Positions 1-12,755 of a DNA stretch of 64,000 bases are shown piece by piece. The notes below the pieces were generated by a model. That model worked only from the letters and a program-made list of their open reading frames with translations, did no database searches and was not told the origin of the DNA. The position numbers were made by a program, and so were the translations under genes. The stretch comes from Narcine bancroftii. Taxonomy: Eukaryota. The first letter of the stretch is position 1. Each line of letters opens with the position of its first letter. The stretch lies in NCBI RefSeq assembly GCF_036971445.1, contig NC_091478.1:68882001-68946000 (forward strand), written 5' to 3'.

Positions 1-285
1 GGCCTTTATTTATGCACACACAAAGAGTAAAAATAAACAATTACATCACTGCTAAACATTCTCAACTCCTGATTGGGAATGCAAGAGTTAAAAACAATAC
101 CCACCTCCTCTCTCTAACTCTAGCAATCACAGCACAAACAGTAAATTAATTACAACTAAGTATATCAAATTAACCTGGTCTCAGCATTGCCATTACAGTC
201 AGTCCTCTGGAGATGCCTGTGGTCTGCATCCTGGAGTCCAGTAATAGTTTTCATGCAATAGCAAGAAAAGAGAGAGAGACCAGAG

Positions 286-975
286 TGTAGTGCGTGTCGA
301 AAGAACCAAAGACTTGTTGATCCAAACCAAGGCTTTTATTATCTAAAAGACTGGAGCATATCACAAGTAGGTCGACCAGTCCAGAATGACCTGGTCTGGC
401 TAGGAGCAATCCTTTAGGACCTGCCAGTAGGTGTGGCTACACTCTCAGCCAATCACATTCATCCTACACTCTTTGGCTTGGCTTCGCGGACGAAGATTTA
501 TGGAGGGGGTAAAAAGTCCACGTCAGCTGCAGGCTCGTTTGTGGCTGACAAGTCCGATGCGGGACAGGCAGACACGATTGCAGCGGTTGCAGGGGAAAAT
601 TGGTTGGTTGGGGTTGGGTGTTGGGTTTTTCCTCCTTTGCCTTTTGTCAGTGAGGTGGGCTCTGCGGTCTTCTTCAAAGGAGGTTGCTGCCCGCCAAACT
701 GTGAGGTGCCAAGATGCACGGTTTGAGGCGTTATCAGCCCACTGGCGGTGGTCAATGTGGCAGGCACCAAGAGATTTCTTTAGGCAGTCCTTGTACCTTT
801 TCTTTGGTGCACCTCTGTCACGGTGGCCAGTGGAGAGCTCGCCATATAACATGATCTTGGGAAGGCGATGGTCCTCCATTCTGGAGACGTGACCCATCCA
901 GCGCAGCTGGATCTTCAGCAGCGTGGACTACCATCTGTACATATACACATTGGTGATAGAATCTGTATCATCACA
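286..975 (-). mobile_element. LTR-like element (probable solo LTR) interrupted by an RTE fragment
   Basis: TGT...ACA termini, minus-strand AATAAA (tttatt ~335), sequence resumes after the RTE piece at ~928; no clean TSD. Confidence 0.4.
471..927 (-). mobile_element. 5'-truncated RTE-clade LINE, 3' end
   Basis: ORF 523-897(-) GHVSRMEDHRLPKIMLYGEL...FPCNRCNRVCLSRIGLVSH; near-identical reverse complement of 16640-17100 including the gccaagccaaag tail. Confidence 0.92.
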
Positions 976-2280
976 GAGAAACTCCACTTGCTGCTTTTTC
1001 CAGTGCAGAGCCCATCCACAGGATCTGTGAGGTCCAATTGTGCATCAGTCTTCCCCATGGACAGATCTAACCCTTGATTTGCAGGCAAGGTGACTTCTGC
1101 AATCCACTTTCTGTCCAGGTTCCAGACCAAGATCACATGACATTCCACCCCTTAGAACTCACCATGCCAATCCATTCACAGGCGAGTACCCCACAGCCAT
1201 ATTTACATTACACATAGCCCATATCCACTGATGGCCCAGCAAGTGACTAGTCTCCTACTCATTTAGTTTGATCACCAATTCTAATGTGCAGCAAATGAGT
1301 GGATTACCAGATTAGACAAGAATGTATGTGCATCACTTATACTGATACACCACCAGTACCATCTTAATCTCTGAGCAAGTAGTTTAAGACCATCTTGACT
1401 CCTTGTGCTGAAGTGCCATGGCCACCTCATTGGCCAGCATCTCCACCACGTGACCATTCGTTCAGGTCTTCCTCCTGATTTACAAGGCATATGGTGGCAC
1501 ACATCCCAGATAGTAGCCACTATACCTTCCCATCGGTAGCCAGGTGTCAGCCTAGCAGCCACACATCCAGGAAGTACCATTTAGCCCCCAGGGAGCACCC
1601 ACCTTCACTGGGCCGTCAGCTGCAGATGTTACTGCTTGGATACTGTTCCTGTTCGCACTCCCACCAATTGCTCAGATCAGAGCTAGTTGTCAAGTTTATA
1701 GTCATCGGATCATAAAAGTACAACCCGACAAGCATGCTCCAGTTCTTGATTCAAAACACAGACAACTATATATGCAGGACAAATTTCATCTATGCAAATA
1801 AATAGTTTCATGCATATAAGCATCTCAGATGTACCATAGACACAAATATTCCCAAGACCTGCTCACCATTTAGTGATTCAGAGTCAGGATTTTGTTTTGG
1901 TAGATTGTGGGGTGAAGCTGGTTGGCAATCATTACCTTCCCAACAAAGGAATATCAAAACCTGTGAAGCTGGACAGTTTCTCCTTCTCTCCCTCTTTCTC
2001 CTCCACACACCCCCCCCCCCACCCCCCACCCATTCTGTTTTCACTATCACCAGGGATCAATGCTCATGGCAGTCTTTTAGTACTGTTCAAGTTGTTGGCT
2101 CTGTCAGTGTATTCATCAGCTACACATCCAACCACCACTCAGTACCATCATTCTCAAAAATATCATCACTGCACAGTCCAATCTAAACCTCTTGAACCTG
2201 GCTTGCAGCACCAAATGTGTTCAGAATTAGTTCAACGGTTTTAAAGAGAAAAAAGGCTTGATGCATACCATTAACAGCAG

Positions 2281-2580
2281 TTTTATTTACACACAGGGGA
2301 AATTACAAGAAGGCACAGACTAACCCAGAATAAATACAAATAACTCCACATCAGGTGGAAATAAATCACTGCTAAATATTTTCAACTCCCAATTGGGAAT
2401 GCAAGGGTTAAACACACAATGCCAATCCTCCAACTCTTGCAATCACAACTCACTAATAAACAGTAAATTAATCACACCTAATAAGTATATCAAATGAACC
2501 TGGTCTCCAGAATTGCCCACAGCTCTGGATACACCTATTGCAGTCAGCTCTTTGGAGCTGAATATGGCCTGCATTTCATT
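2281..2580. repeat. Second copy of the dispersed repeat also present at 1-240
   Basis: Shared blocks cactgctaaa..tcaactcc..attgggaatgcaag..gttaaa and cagtaaattaat..aagtatatcaaat.aacctggtctc; family not identified. Confidence 0.7.
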
Positions 2581-4100
2581 AATGGTCTTCATGTTATGAT
2601 CGCTACTTCCTTGAGGCTCGAATACCTTTAATTCCCTATTGACCTCACGTTCATTGCACATCACCCAATGTGAAACTGCAGATCCCCTGGTGGGATCATA
2701 AACCAGCTGTTCAAAAAAGCTATCCCTTAAGCTTTCTACTAACTCTCCTGGGATCCAGTAATTTCCTGCCCAATCCTATCATTTTGAAATCCCCCCCATA
2801 ATTATTTTGACATTATCCTTGTGACATGCCCTTTCTATTTCCAGCTGCAACTTTAGTCCACTTCCTGACTGCTGTTTGGGAGCCTGTATATAATTGCTAA
2901 TATGGTCTTTTTACCCTTGTCATTTCTTAATTCAACCCACAATGATTTTACCACTGCAGACCCTATGTCCCTTCTTTCCATTGATTTAATGTCATTACTT
3001 ACTATCAGAGCCACACCTCCACCTCTGCCTACCTTTCCTATACTGGATATTGAGCTCCCAATTGCATGCCTCTGAGCCATGTTTCAATAATGGTCACAGT
3101 ATCATATTTTTTAAGCTGAATCTGTGCAATCAGGTCAACTCTCTAACACTAGATGCGTTTAAATATAGTACCCTTAGACCTGCTACTGACACCATTTTTA
3201 CAGTATTCCTGTTGAACAGCACTTTCTCCTGCCTGCTCACCTGCTCTTCCTTTTTTGTTAAGGACTGACTCTTTTCCTCTTTCTCCATTGTAGCACCCCA
3301 TCTCCCTACTACCCTAATCTCCTCACTCTCATTTTGATTCCCACCTCCTCTCCTCCCACACTAAACTAGTTTAAACTCTCCCCAACAGCTCTAGCAAACC
3401 CTCCTGCCAGGATATTGGTCCCATTCCAGTTCAGGTGGCATCCATCCCCAGAAATGATCCAGGAATCTGAAGTCCTCACCCCTGCACCAACTCTTCAGCC
3501 ACACGCTCCTATTTGTACCCTGTCTAGCATGTGGCACAGGCAAGATTACCAAGATTACCACCCTTAGATCCTACCTTTCAACTTCCTTCCTAACTTCTCT
3601 CAAAGACCTTATCTCTACTCCTATTTATGTCATTGGTCCCTAGGTGGACCACAAATCTGTCTATTCCCCTCCCAATCCAAGACATCCCTGACTGTGGTAC
3701 CTGGGAGGGAACAGATCAACCTGGAGTCTCAATACATTCTAACAAATATCCTGTCTGCCTTCCTAACCAACAAGTCCCCTATTATTAATGCTTTCCTCTC
3801 TCAGCTATTTCTGAGCCAGAGACTTGACCACCTTGACATCCTTGGTAGATCATCCCCACCAATAGTATACCTATTGTCAGTGGGAACATTCACAGGGGTA
3901 CTCTGCACTACCTATGTCTTCCTTTTTCCTCACCAGCTATCTGTATCCTGTCCATTTGGGGTGACTACCTCCCTATAACTCTTCTCTATTACTGCCTCAG
4001 CCTCCTGAGTAATCCACAGTTCATTCAACTCCATTTGCCAAGCTCAATCTGTAAGAAGCCAGAGCCAAATGCTCTTTCTGCAGCTGTCTGGGACAAGTAT
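2580..4100 (-). mobile_element. Degenerate CR1 LINE (ORF1 remnant and endonuclease region)
   Basis: ORF 2853-3080(-) GRGGGVALIV...SLWVELRNDKGKKTILAIIYRLPNS is a typical CR1 APE segment. Confidence 0.8.
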
Positions 4101-4584
4101 ACCTTCCCAGATCTCCCACAGCCCGAGCTGACTCCATTAACTTGTATGGTAAATTTCCTTACCTGGTCTTACTTCCCCAGTTTCAAGCAAGCATACTCCC
4201 CTCCTCAGGCACTGAGAAACAAAAGTGCTGTTTTAATATCCCTAAGCCTCACTAGCTACCACCAGGGCTATTGCTCCTTTCATGTAACCTTAAGTCTATC
4301 AACACAACTACTGTGCAGCCCTACAATTTCTCACACCTGTATTCAATTATCCAATCACAGCTTCAACACTTGACAGCAATGAATCACTTAACTGTTTAAC
4401 CCTTAATGGTTCCAAAGCCAACTGAAAAGAAGGTAAGATGCCCTACCTTTTTAAATCTGCCCCCCGACTTACTGACATCACGTGCCTGTGTAGTAGTGCC
4501 CTACCTGACCTTGCCCTTTACAATTTAAAATAAAAATTCAAAAACAATTCACTACTTACAGTTTTTCCAGCGACTGTCCTCTCG

Positions 4585-5575
4585 CTCTCCTGGCTGCGCA
4601 CTTCGATGAGGACTAGTTTGTGTTCTTTTTTCCCCTTCTTGAAGTTGACATTCAGTTCCTTAGTTTTGCTATCATTGAGTGCAAGGTTGTTGTTGTGACA
4701 CCACTCAACGTGCTGATTTATCTCACTCCTGTACTCTACTTCATTGCTGTCTGTGATTCTGCTTACAACCATAGTGTTATCGGCAAATTTGTAGATGGCA
4801 TTTGAATTGTGCCTGGTCACACAGTCATGGGTATAGAGCGAGTAGAGCATTAGGCTCAACACGCACCCTTGAGGTGTGCTGGCATTGATTGTTGGTGACG
4901 AGGAGACATTATTTCCGATTTGTTCTGACTGGTCTTCTGATGAGGAAGTCAAGGATCCAGTTGTGGAGGGAGGTGCAGAAGCCTAGGTTTCTTGAAGCTT
5001 CTCATTTGTTCTAGTCCTGTGATTTTCAATCTTTTTCTTTCCACTCACATACCATGTTGATGCAATCACGAAGAAGCCTCACCAGCAGTTACATTTTGTG
5101 AGGAGTTTGAAAAGATTTGGTTTGTCACCAAAGACTCTCAAAAATTTCTACATGGAGAGCATTCTGACTGGTTGCATTACTGTCTGTAACACTCAGGACA
5201 GGAAAAAAAACTCCAGAGGGTTGGTAACTCGGCCTGTGACATCACAGGCACCTGTCTTCACTCCACCGAGGACACCTACAAGAGGCAGTGTCTTAAGAAA
5301 GTAGCCTCTATCTTCAAGCACCCCCATCACCCAGGCCATGCCCTCTTCACTCTGCTACCATCAGGAGAAAGGTACAGGAGCCTGAAGACAAGCACTCAGC
5401 GGCACAAGGACATCAGATTCCTGAATGAAGAATGAACCATAGACACTGCCTAACTTTATATTTTTCTTCCACTATTTACTTTGAAATGTGGGTTATAGAA
5501 TTTTGCACTGTGAAGCTGCAGCAAAACAGCACATTTCGTGACATGTCCCTGACAATAAATTCTGATTCTGAATTT
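4585..5575. mobile_element. Rex1/Babar LINE fragment: RT part inverted (4585-4990, -) plus 3' end (5055-5575, +)
   Basis: PQGCVLSLMLYSLYTHDC...YKFADNT on the minus strand; LKRFGLSPKTLKNFY..ESILTGCITV and a caataaattctgattctgaa tail on the plus strand. Confidence 0.8.
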
Positions 5576-6895
5576 ATTCAAAAATTCATTTTTGGTCTCT
5601 GCTCCAAGTTTCTCACAAAGTTTCTGGGGAGATGCTTCAAATGCCAGCACAGGATAACAACACAGCTTTCAGAATGCTTGGTCATGACTCCCTTTTCACT
5701 CATCCACATAGGGTGAAAATGTCTTGTTTCTGCTGAACGAATGCAAACGGTTGAGACTCTCCAACTTTCTGAATCCTTATACCTGCATCACCAATGGTCA
5801 TACACTGCTGTGGCTCTTGACTGAAGAGAATTTAGCTGCAAACTAATTTAAATTAATATAGGCATGCAAAAATGAAATCATCCCCTACCTCACTAAAATC
5901 CAGATGCTCCAGTTTACTAGTCACTGAAATTTATTTTTATTCATTTTGCCATGGTTACTCATCAACACCTTTAAATGGAAACATTAATGATGTGCCCTTA
6001 CTTCTGAGATAGCCAAATCTTCCCAATCTAATCCTCAGTAATTTTAATTTTTTTTATTTAGAATCACCTACTGCACCTAATTTTACATGAATGGTCAAAA
6101 AATCAAATTAGGAGTGGCTTCCTACAGATAAGATTCAATATTCAAGATTATTGTCATATGTAACATTATACAAAATTGCATTTTGTTTGCTGCTCCCGCA
6201 GCCTCTGCAGCCACACAGACTTCAGTCCAAACCATCGGTAACCTGAGCTCCAGATCCAAACCCCCGTCACAATCAGGATGCCTTCAGCCCCTGAGGCCCT
6301 CCAGGAGACCCTCTCTCATCCCAGTTCCGATATCTGGTACCCTTTCAGCCAGTCTCAAGCCACTCTCCAGTATTCCACAGCCTAGGTGTGAGTCCTTTGA
6401 CCGCAGATCGGCAGCAGCCTGCTTGGTTTCCTCACGTCGTCTCCAACAGCCGCTGCAGAGCCCCTCAGTGGTCCACAGTGGTCATCATTCATAAGGTCAT
6501 TTCCTCTGCTTCTCCTATTCAAACAGGGGCAGTCTCGCTGTTTTCTGGAGACCTACGCCAGTCCTCTGCTTCTCCATGGTCTTCAACCTCTTGAGGCTGC
6601 TTGCCATCTGGGACTCAGACTCTGCGGTTGCAGGATTTTAAAATAAAACACTGTCAGCTCCTTTAACAAGCCATTTAAAGCCCATATGGAGCCATCGGTA
6701 GTTGGACTGGGTGTTGGAACCCTGCAGAAGAGCACTATGATTCTGTTCCCTGAATTCCCTGGGTACACACTAGTGGCTGTGCTGTTATTGCAATAGATAG
6801 TCCAAACTGTTCCTACTTTCTTTTTATTGATGTTGAAGAGCAACTGAAAAAAAAATCAACTGATCATAAGGAAAATGCAAATTAAAAAAAAAAAA

Positions 6896-6928
<33 letters not shown>

Positions 6929-7425
6929 TCTATATATATATATTCCATTCAGAAATTACTGGTAAAGGTTAAACATCAAACAGAAAATAAGTACAATTTT
7001 AGTGACAATCATGGTGTTAGGTTTTTCTCACTGTTGGGTCACTCTATTACAAAGAATGCACTTTAATTATTCAAAATTGGAAAACGACAGTAAAATGGGG
7101 CATGCGTAATTGAGTGACAAAACCATGCATGAATTCTGCAAGAATAAATATGGTGGATAGTTGGACTAACAGGAAGTTAAACACATGAAGATCTAGGACG
7201 CCTCCAAGTGGTCAAGTTAGCCCTAGGATACAAATGAGCCTGTGAAGAGGCTGGTGATCAGGACATCAAAAGTGAAAGAAAACTATTAAACAAAATTGAT
7301 TGTGAAGAAAGATTTTAGAGAGAACTCAAAGAAAGAACAAGATTTTACCAAAAAAAATGAGGATTGTAAATGGTTCAGAAAGACAGCATTATGGAAGGTA
7401 GAAGATTCAGAATTGCAGCTCTTAA

Positions 7426-7784
7426 ACCCCCTTTCACACTTGCCAGTGATCCCAGGAATCAAACGCCAATCAGCCTTTAAAGTGGCAAGTGTGAAAGCAA
7501 AGTCTGCTCAACACTGGTGTCACACCAGGGATTGCCGACTTGACCCCTAGTACAATCCCCTGCATCTGCAGACACCGGAGTTGAGGTAAGGCAAGTGTGA
7601 AACAGACAATTGCATTGCAGGCACTTCTTATTAAAGGTAGAACAAGACCAAACGCTGGGGATAAACCCTTGCAAGTGTGAAAGTGTCCCAGTTAAGAGTG
7701 GTCTAATGTGAAAAGCCAAACCCCCATTCCTATCCTGGGACACCGTAACAGCCGATTTACTGGGATGCAAGTGTGAAAGGGGCT
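7426..7784. mobile_element. Non-autonomous PIF/Harbinger-type MITE
   Basis: TIRs (a)cccctttcacacttgc / gcaagtgtgaaaggggct, flanked by TAA/TTA. Confidence 0.75.
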
Positions 7785-8554
7785 TTACCCACATGCAAGT
7801 ATTGTTTTTAAAAGTAAAATGAATAAAGGAGAGGTTCACTGATACAGGATGGAGAGAACAGGGGCATTTAAATGACAAAAGGGGTGGTAATGGTCTAAAT
7901 AAGAAACAAAGGATGGCTCCAAAGAGGTTCAAATAAGTTGCGCTGAGCAGCAGAGAAAGCAGGAACCAGGAAAACAAAATTGGTAGAGAGAACTTTCATG
8001 ACCCACAAATATGAGAGAAAAAGTTTGAATTGAAAGCAAGGTTAGAGGCCATCCAATTATGGGGAATATCATTCAAACCAGCACCTCTCATTTCCTCCTT
8101 TGGAGGGAACAGCCATCCTCCCTTGCCTGTTGGCCAAGAAAATGATTCAAGCTGTTGAGAATGAATCATAAATATAGAAATAGTAGGTGATTTGGCCCTT
8201 TGCACCTGATATTGATCACAATAGCGGCTCACCTTCTACCTAATTGCCATTTACCTGTCCCTTGACTCCCTTATGCAAGTCTATAAATTGTATCAGTCTC
8301 TTTTTAGTATTAATTCAAAGACCGCGCTTCCTCAGCCCTTTGGGGTAGAGAGTTTCAAAGATTCACAACCCACTGCACAAGACATTTTTTTCTCTGCCCT
8401 AAATGACTTGCACTCCCTTTTCTGAGCCGAGACACCTTGATTCTGAACTCTAAGCCAAGGAAATATCATCGCTGTATGCAGCCTGTTAAGTCCTGAAACT
8501 TCAAATTTCAATGAAGATTCCTTTACTTCTTCTAAACTCTGCTGAAGAGAGACC

Positions 8555-9910
8555 TGATCTCGTACACAAGACAATAAAAACAGGAGCAGAAACAAGCCAT
8601 TCAACCCATCGAGTCTGCCCCACCATCCATTTTCCCACTCAGCCAACCCCACACCCCAGCATTTTCCCCATAACCTTTGATGCCCTGGGTCATCACAAAC
8701 CTACCAAATCTCTGCCTTAAATGACTTGGCCTCCACCACCACCTGTGGCAACAAATTCCACAGTTTCATCACCCTCTGGCTAAATAAATTCCTATACGTC
8801 TCTGTTCTAAGTGGATGCCCTTCAACCCTGACACTGTGACCTCTTGTCCTAAATAGAATCTCCCACCATGGGAAACAACCTTTCTGTATCTACTCTGACT
8901 ATGCCTTTAAACATTTGAAATATTGCAATGAGATCTCCCCAATTTTCCTAAATTCCCATGAGTTCAGGAATACAGGTTGTATGATAACCCTTTAATTTCC
9001 AGAATCATCCTAGTGAACCTCCTCTGAACCCTCTCCAATGTCAGCACATCCTTTCTTTAACAAGGAGCTCAAAATTGCTCACAATACTCCAAGTGAGATT
9101 TCACCAGTGCCTTATAAAGCCTCAACAACACATCCCTGCTCTTATATTTTATTCTTCTTGAATTGATTGACAGCATTGCATTTGCCTTCTGTGCTGCCGC
9201 CTCACCTACAAGTTTACCTTCAGGTCCAAGGACTCCCAGGTCCCTTTGCATTTGGGAATTTTCAATTTTCTCCCTATTTAGAAAATAATCTGCCTGTTTA
9301 ATGTTTTCCTACCAAAGTGCATGACTGTACACTTTCTGACATTGTTCTTCATTTGCCACTTCTCTGCCCATCCTCTCAATTTGTCCAAGTCCTCTGCAGC
9401 CTCCCTCAACACAACCTGCTCCTCTACCTACCTTTGTATTATCTGCAAACTTGGCAACAAAGCCATTCATTCCATAATCTAAATCATTAATATACAACAT
9501 AAAATAGCAGACCCAACACTGACTCCTGTGGAACCAACCAGAATTTTATCCCTGTATTTTGACTCTCTGCTTTACGCCAATCATGCATCTACCCGGTATG
9601 TTTGCTGTTATATCAGGGGCTCTTATCTTGTTAAGTAACCTCATGTGCAGCAATTTGTCAAATGCCTTTTGAAAATCCGAATACAAGTGCACTGCATCTC
9701 CCTTTCCAGCGTGCCTGTCACCTTCCCTTAAGGAAACCATGCTGCCTTTGGTCTATCTTGTCATGTTCCTCTAAGTATCCATAACCTCATCCTTGATAAA
9801 CGACTCCAACAGCTTCCCAACCACTGATGTTAGGCTAACCATTCTATAATTTCCTTTCTGTTGCATCCCTCCCTTCTTGAATAGTGGGGTGACTTTTGCA
9901 ATTTTCCAAT
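8555..9910 (-). mobile_element. CR1 LINE RT and 3' end, degenerate
   Basis: Minus-strand DFQKAFDK, YINDLD..FVAKFADNTKVG, LRLYKALVKSHLEYC. Confidence 0.88.
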
Positions 9911-10114
9911 CCCCTCTTTCAGTCCTGCCAGATCATTACCAATCTCTCATTTGTGGTATACTTGCCATTATTGGAACCAGTCCAGTGAATCTTCACTGCT
10001 CTCCCTCCAAGTTAAGGAGATCAGAACTATAGTCCATATGCAATCTCACCAGAATCCTACATATCTTTACTCCGATATCAAATAAGAACATGGCCTACCT
10101 GCCATTTGCCTTTG

Positions 10115-12755
10115 TAGCGTGAGTACAGGGACTGCTGTGAGTAGAGGGACCGCTGTGCCTTGGTCTTCACTGAAACGTACCTGGCTCACTTTATTTCGGG
10201 CTGACAGAGATGCTGCTCTGTGTGGTAAAGCTCGTGGAAGCTCGTGGTGGTGGCTTGTGCATTTACATCAACACGGAATGGCGCAAGGATTCTGCACAAG
10301 TCTTTGGTCACTGCTCAACACTGGTGAAATTTGTGACTGTCAGATGTTGTCCATTTTATCTATCGCGGGAATTCACCACGGTCCTCATAGTTGCAGTGTA
10401 CATCCACCCAGTGCTAATGCTAAGGAGGCAATCTGGGAACTGTATGAGGCTATAAACAAACTGCAGACCGCACACCCTGACCATCATCGCTGGGGATTTC
10501 AACCAGGCGAACTTCACATCAAGGTCACCGAAATTTCATCAGTATGTGCTACAAGAGGGGAGAACACATTGGACCTTGTGTATATTAACATTTCCACCGC
10601 ATATCGGGCGAAGCCTAGCCCCCCACCTTGGATACTCATGCAAATCCCAGCATTCAAACTGCTCATCAGATGCCCCGGACCAGTTCAGAAGCAGGCTAAA
10701 ACCTGAGTAGCAGGGCCATTCATGCACTCCAAGACTGCTTTGAGTGCACCGACTGCCACATGTTCAAGGAAGCAGCAACTGGAGGCGACTCCATCAATCT
10801 GGAGGAGTATACGGCATCAGTGACCAGCTACATTAGTAAGCTACACTACTAATGTAGTGCCCAAGGCCATCATAACTCAATCCAATCAGAAGCCGTAGAT
10901 GACTGCTGAGGTGCGTGTGCTGCTCAAGAATGGAAATGCTGCTTTCAGGGCAGAGGACAAGGTAGCTCTAGCTATTGTAAGAGCCAAGCTGTCTAAGGCC
11001 ATCAGGGAAGCACATTCATGCCTATCACATTCATACTCATTCACAACACTTGCTGGACAACAAGGATATGTGTTGCATGTGGAAGGGCATCTAAAATATC
11101 ACCAACCATAATACTACACCATCTACCTGTGCTGATGATGCCTCCCTCCCAGATGCACTGAACACCTTCTACGCACATTTTGAGGTGAACAATTACATTG
11201 CAGAGAAGAAAACCACCTCTCCTCCAAATTATCAGGAGCTGTGCCTTGCAGTGGCCGACATGAAGAGAGAGCTAGACAAGGTCAACCCACGGAAACCTGC
11301 TGGACTAGATAATATTCCCGGAAGAGTTCTCAGGGGATATGCGGCTCAGCTAGCAGATGTTCTCAATGACATTTTTAACATCTCCGTGAGTAGTACCATG
11401 GTCCCAACGTGCCGAAGAAGTCATCTGTGTCCTGCCTCAATAACCTCTTCCCTATTGCACACACATCCATCATCATGAAGTGCTTCGAAAGACTAATCAT
11501 GGGGCATATCACGTTCCTACTGTCCCCCATCGCTAGACCCCCTGCAGTTCACATACAGACCCAACTGCTCTACAGACAATGCCATCACCACCACCTTCCA
11601 TCTAGCCCTCACCCACCTGGAAAACAAGGACTAGTATGTTCGAATGCTGTTTATTGACTTCAGCTTGGCATTCAACACAATCATACCAAAGTATCAGTTA
11701 AGAAAAGTGAGCCTACTGGGACTAAACACCTCCCCCCTGCAATTGGATTCTCAATTTCCTGTCAGGGAGACATTTCAGATCAGTAACAGCACTTCCAAGA
11801 CCATCACACTGAGCATGGGTGGGTTGGGGGGTGGGGGGGGGTGGTGGGTAGCCAGGGCTACGTACTTAGTCCACTGCTATTCACTCTGCAGCTAAACACA
11901 GTTCGAACCACATCAACAAGTTCGCTGACTACACGACTGTGGAAGGCCTGATCAGTACAAATGATTAGTCAGCATACTGAGAAGAGGTGCAGTCGCTAAC
12001 GGACTGGAGAAGAGTCAACAACCTGTATCTGAACATTAAAAAATCAAAAGATGGCTGTCAACTTCAGGATGGCTCACCGTTGAGATCATCAAGAGTATCA
12101 AGTTCCTTAGAGTGCACTTGGTGGAGAATCTCACCTGGTCCCTTAACACCAGCTCCATAGCCAAGAAAGTGCAGCAGCCCCTCTACTTCCTGAGAAGGCT
12201 GAGAAAGTTAATCTTCCACCCTGCATCCTTTATTTCCCTCAGAAACCTGAGGTATGATACCATAAACCCTGGAAATTTTCTACAGAAGTGTGGTGGAAAG
12301 TGTGTGACCGGCTGCATCACATAAAGCCCTCCAAAAAGTAGTGGACACAGCCCAGGACATCACGGGGAAAACCCTTCCCATTATTGAGTATATCTACAGG
12401 GAACACTGCTGTCGGAGAAAGACCCACACTACCCAGCACACATTCTGTCTTGCTGCTGCCATCAGGAAAGAGGTATTGGTGCCACAAGACTGCCACCAGT
12501 TCAGAAACAGCTTCTACCCCTCAACAACAAACTCATTCAGAGACTCATTTAAGAGCTCTTACTTTTGCACTTTTTTGATTTTCTTTTTGTTCTCTCTGTA
12601 TTGCAGTCAGTTTGTTTACATTTGTTATCTGTTACATTTTTATTTGTTTATACTGTGTACAGTTCACTTTTAGCACTAACAATAAGTGGTAATTCTGTCG
12701 TGCCCACAGGGAAAAGGAATCTCAGGGTTGTATGTGATGTCAGGTATGTACTCTG
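10115..12755 (+). mobile_element. Rex1/Babar LINE, degenerate (endonuclease + RT + 3'UTR)
   Basis: [52 protein letters not shown]; family-type tail aagaatctcagggttgtatgtgatgtc. Confidence 0.88.
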
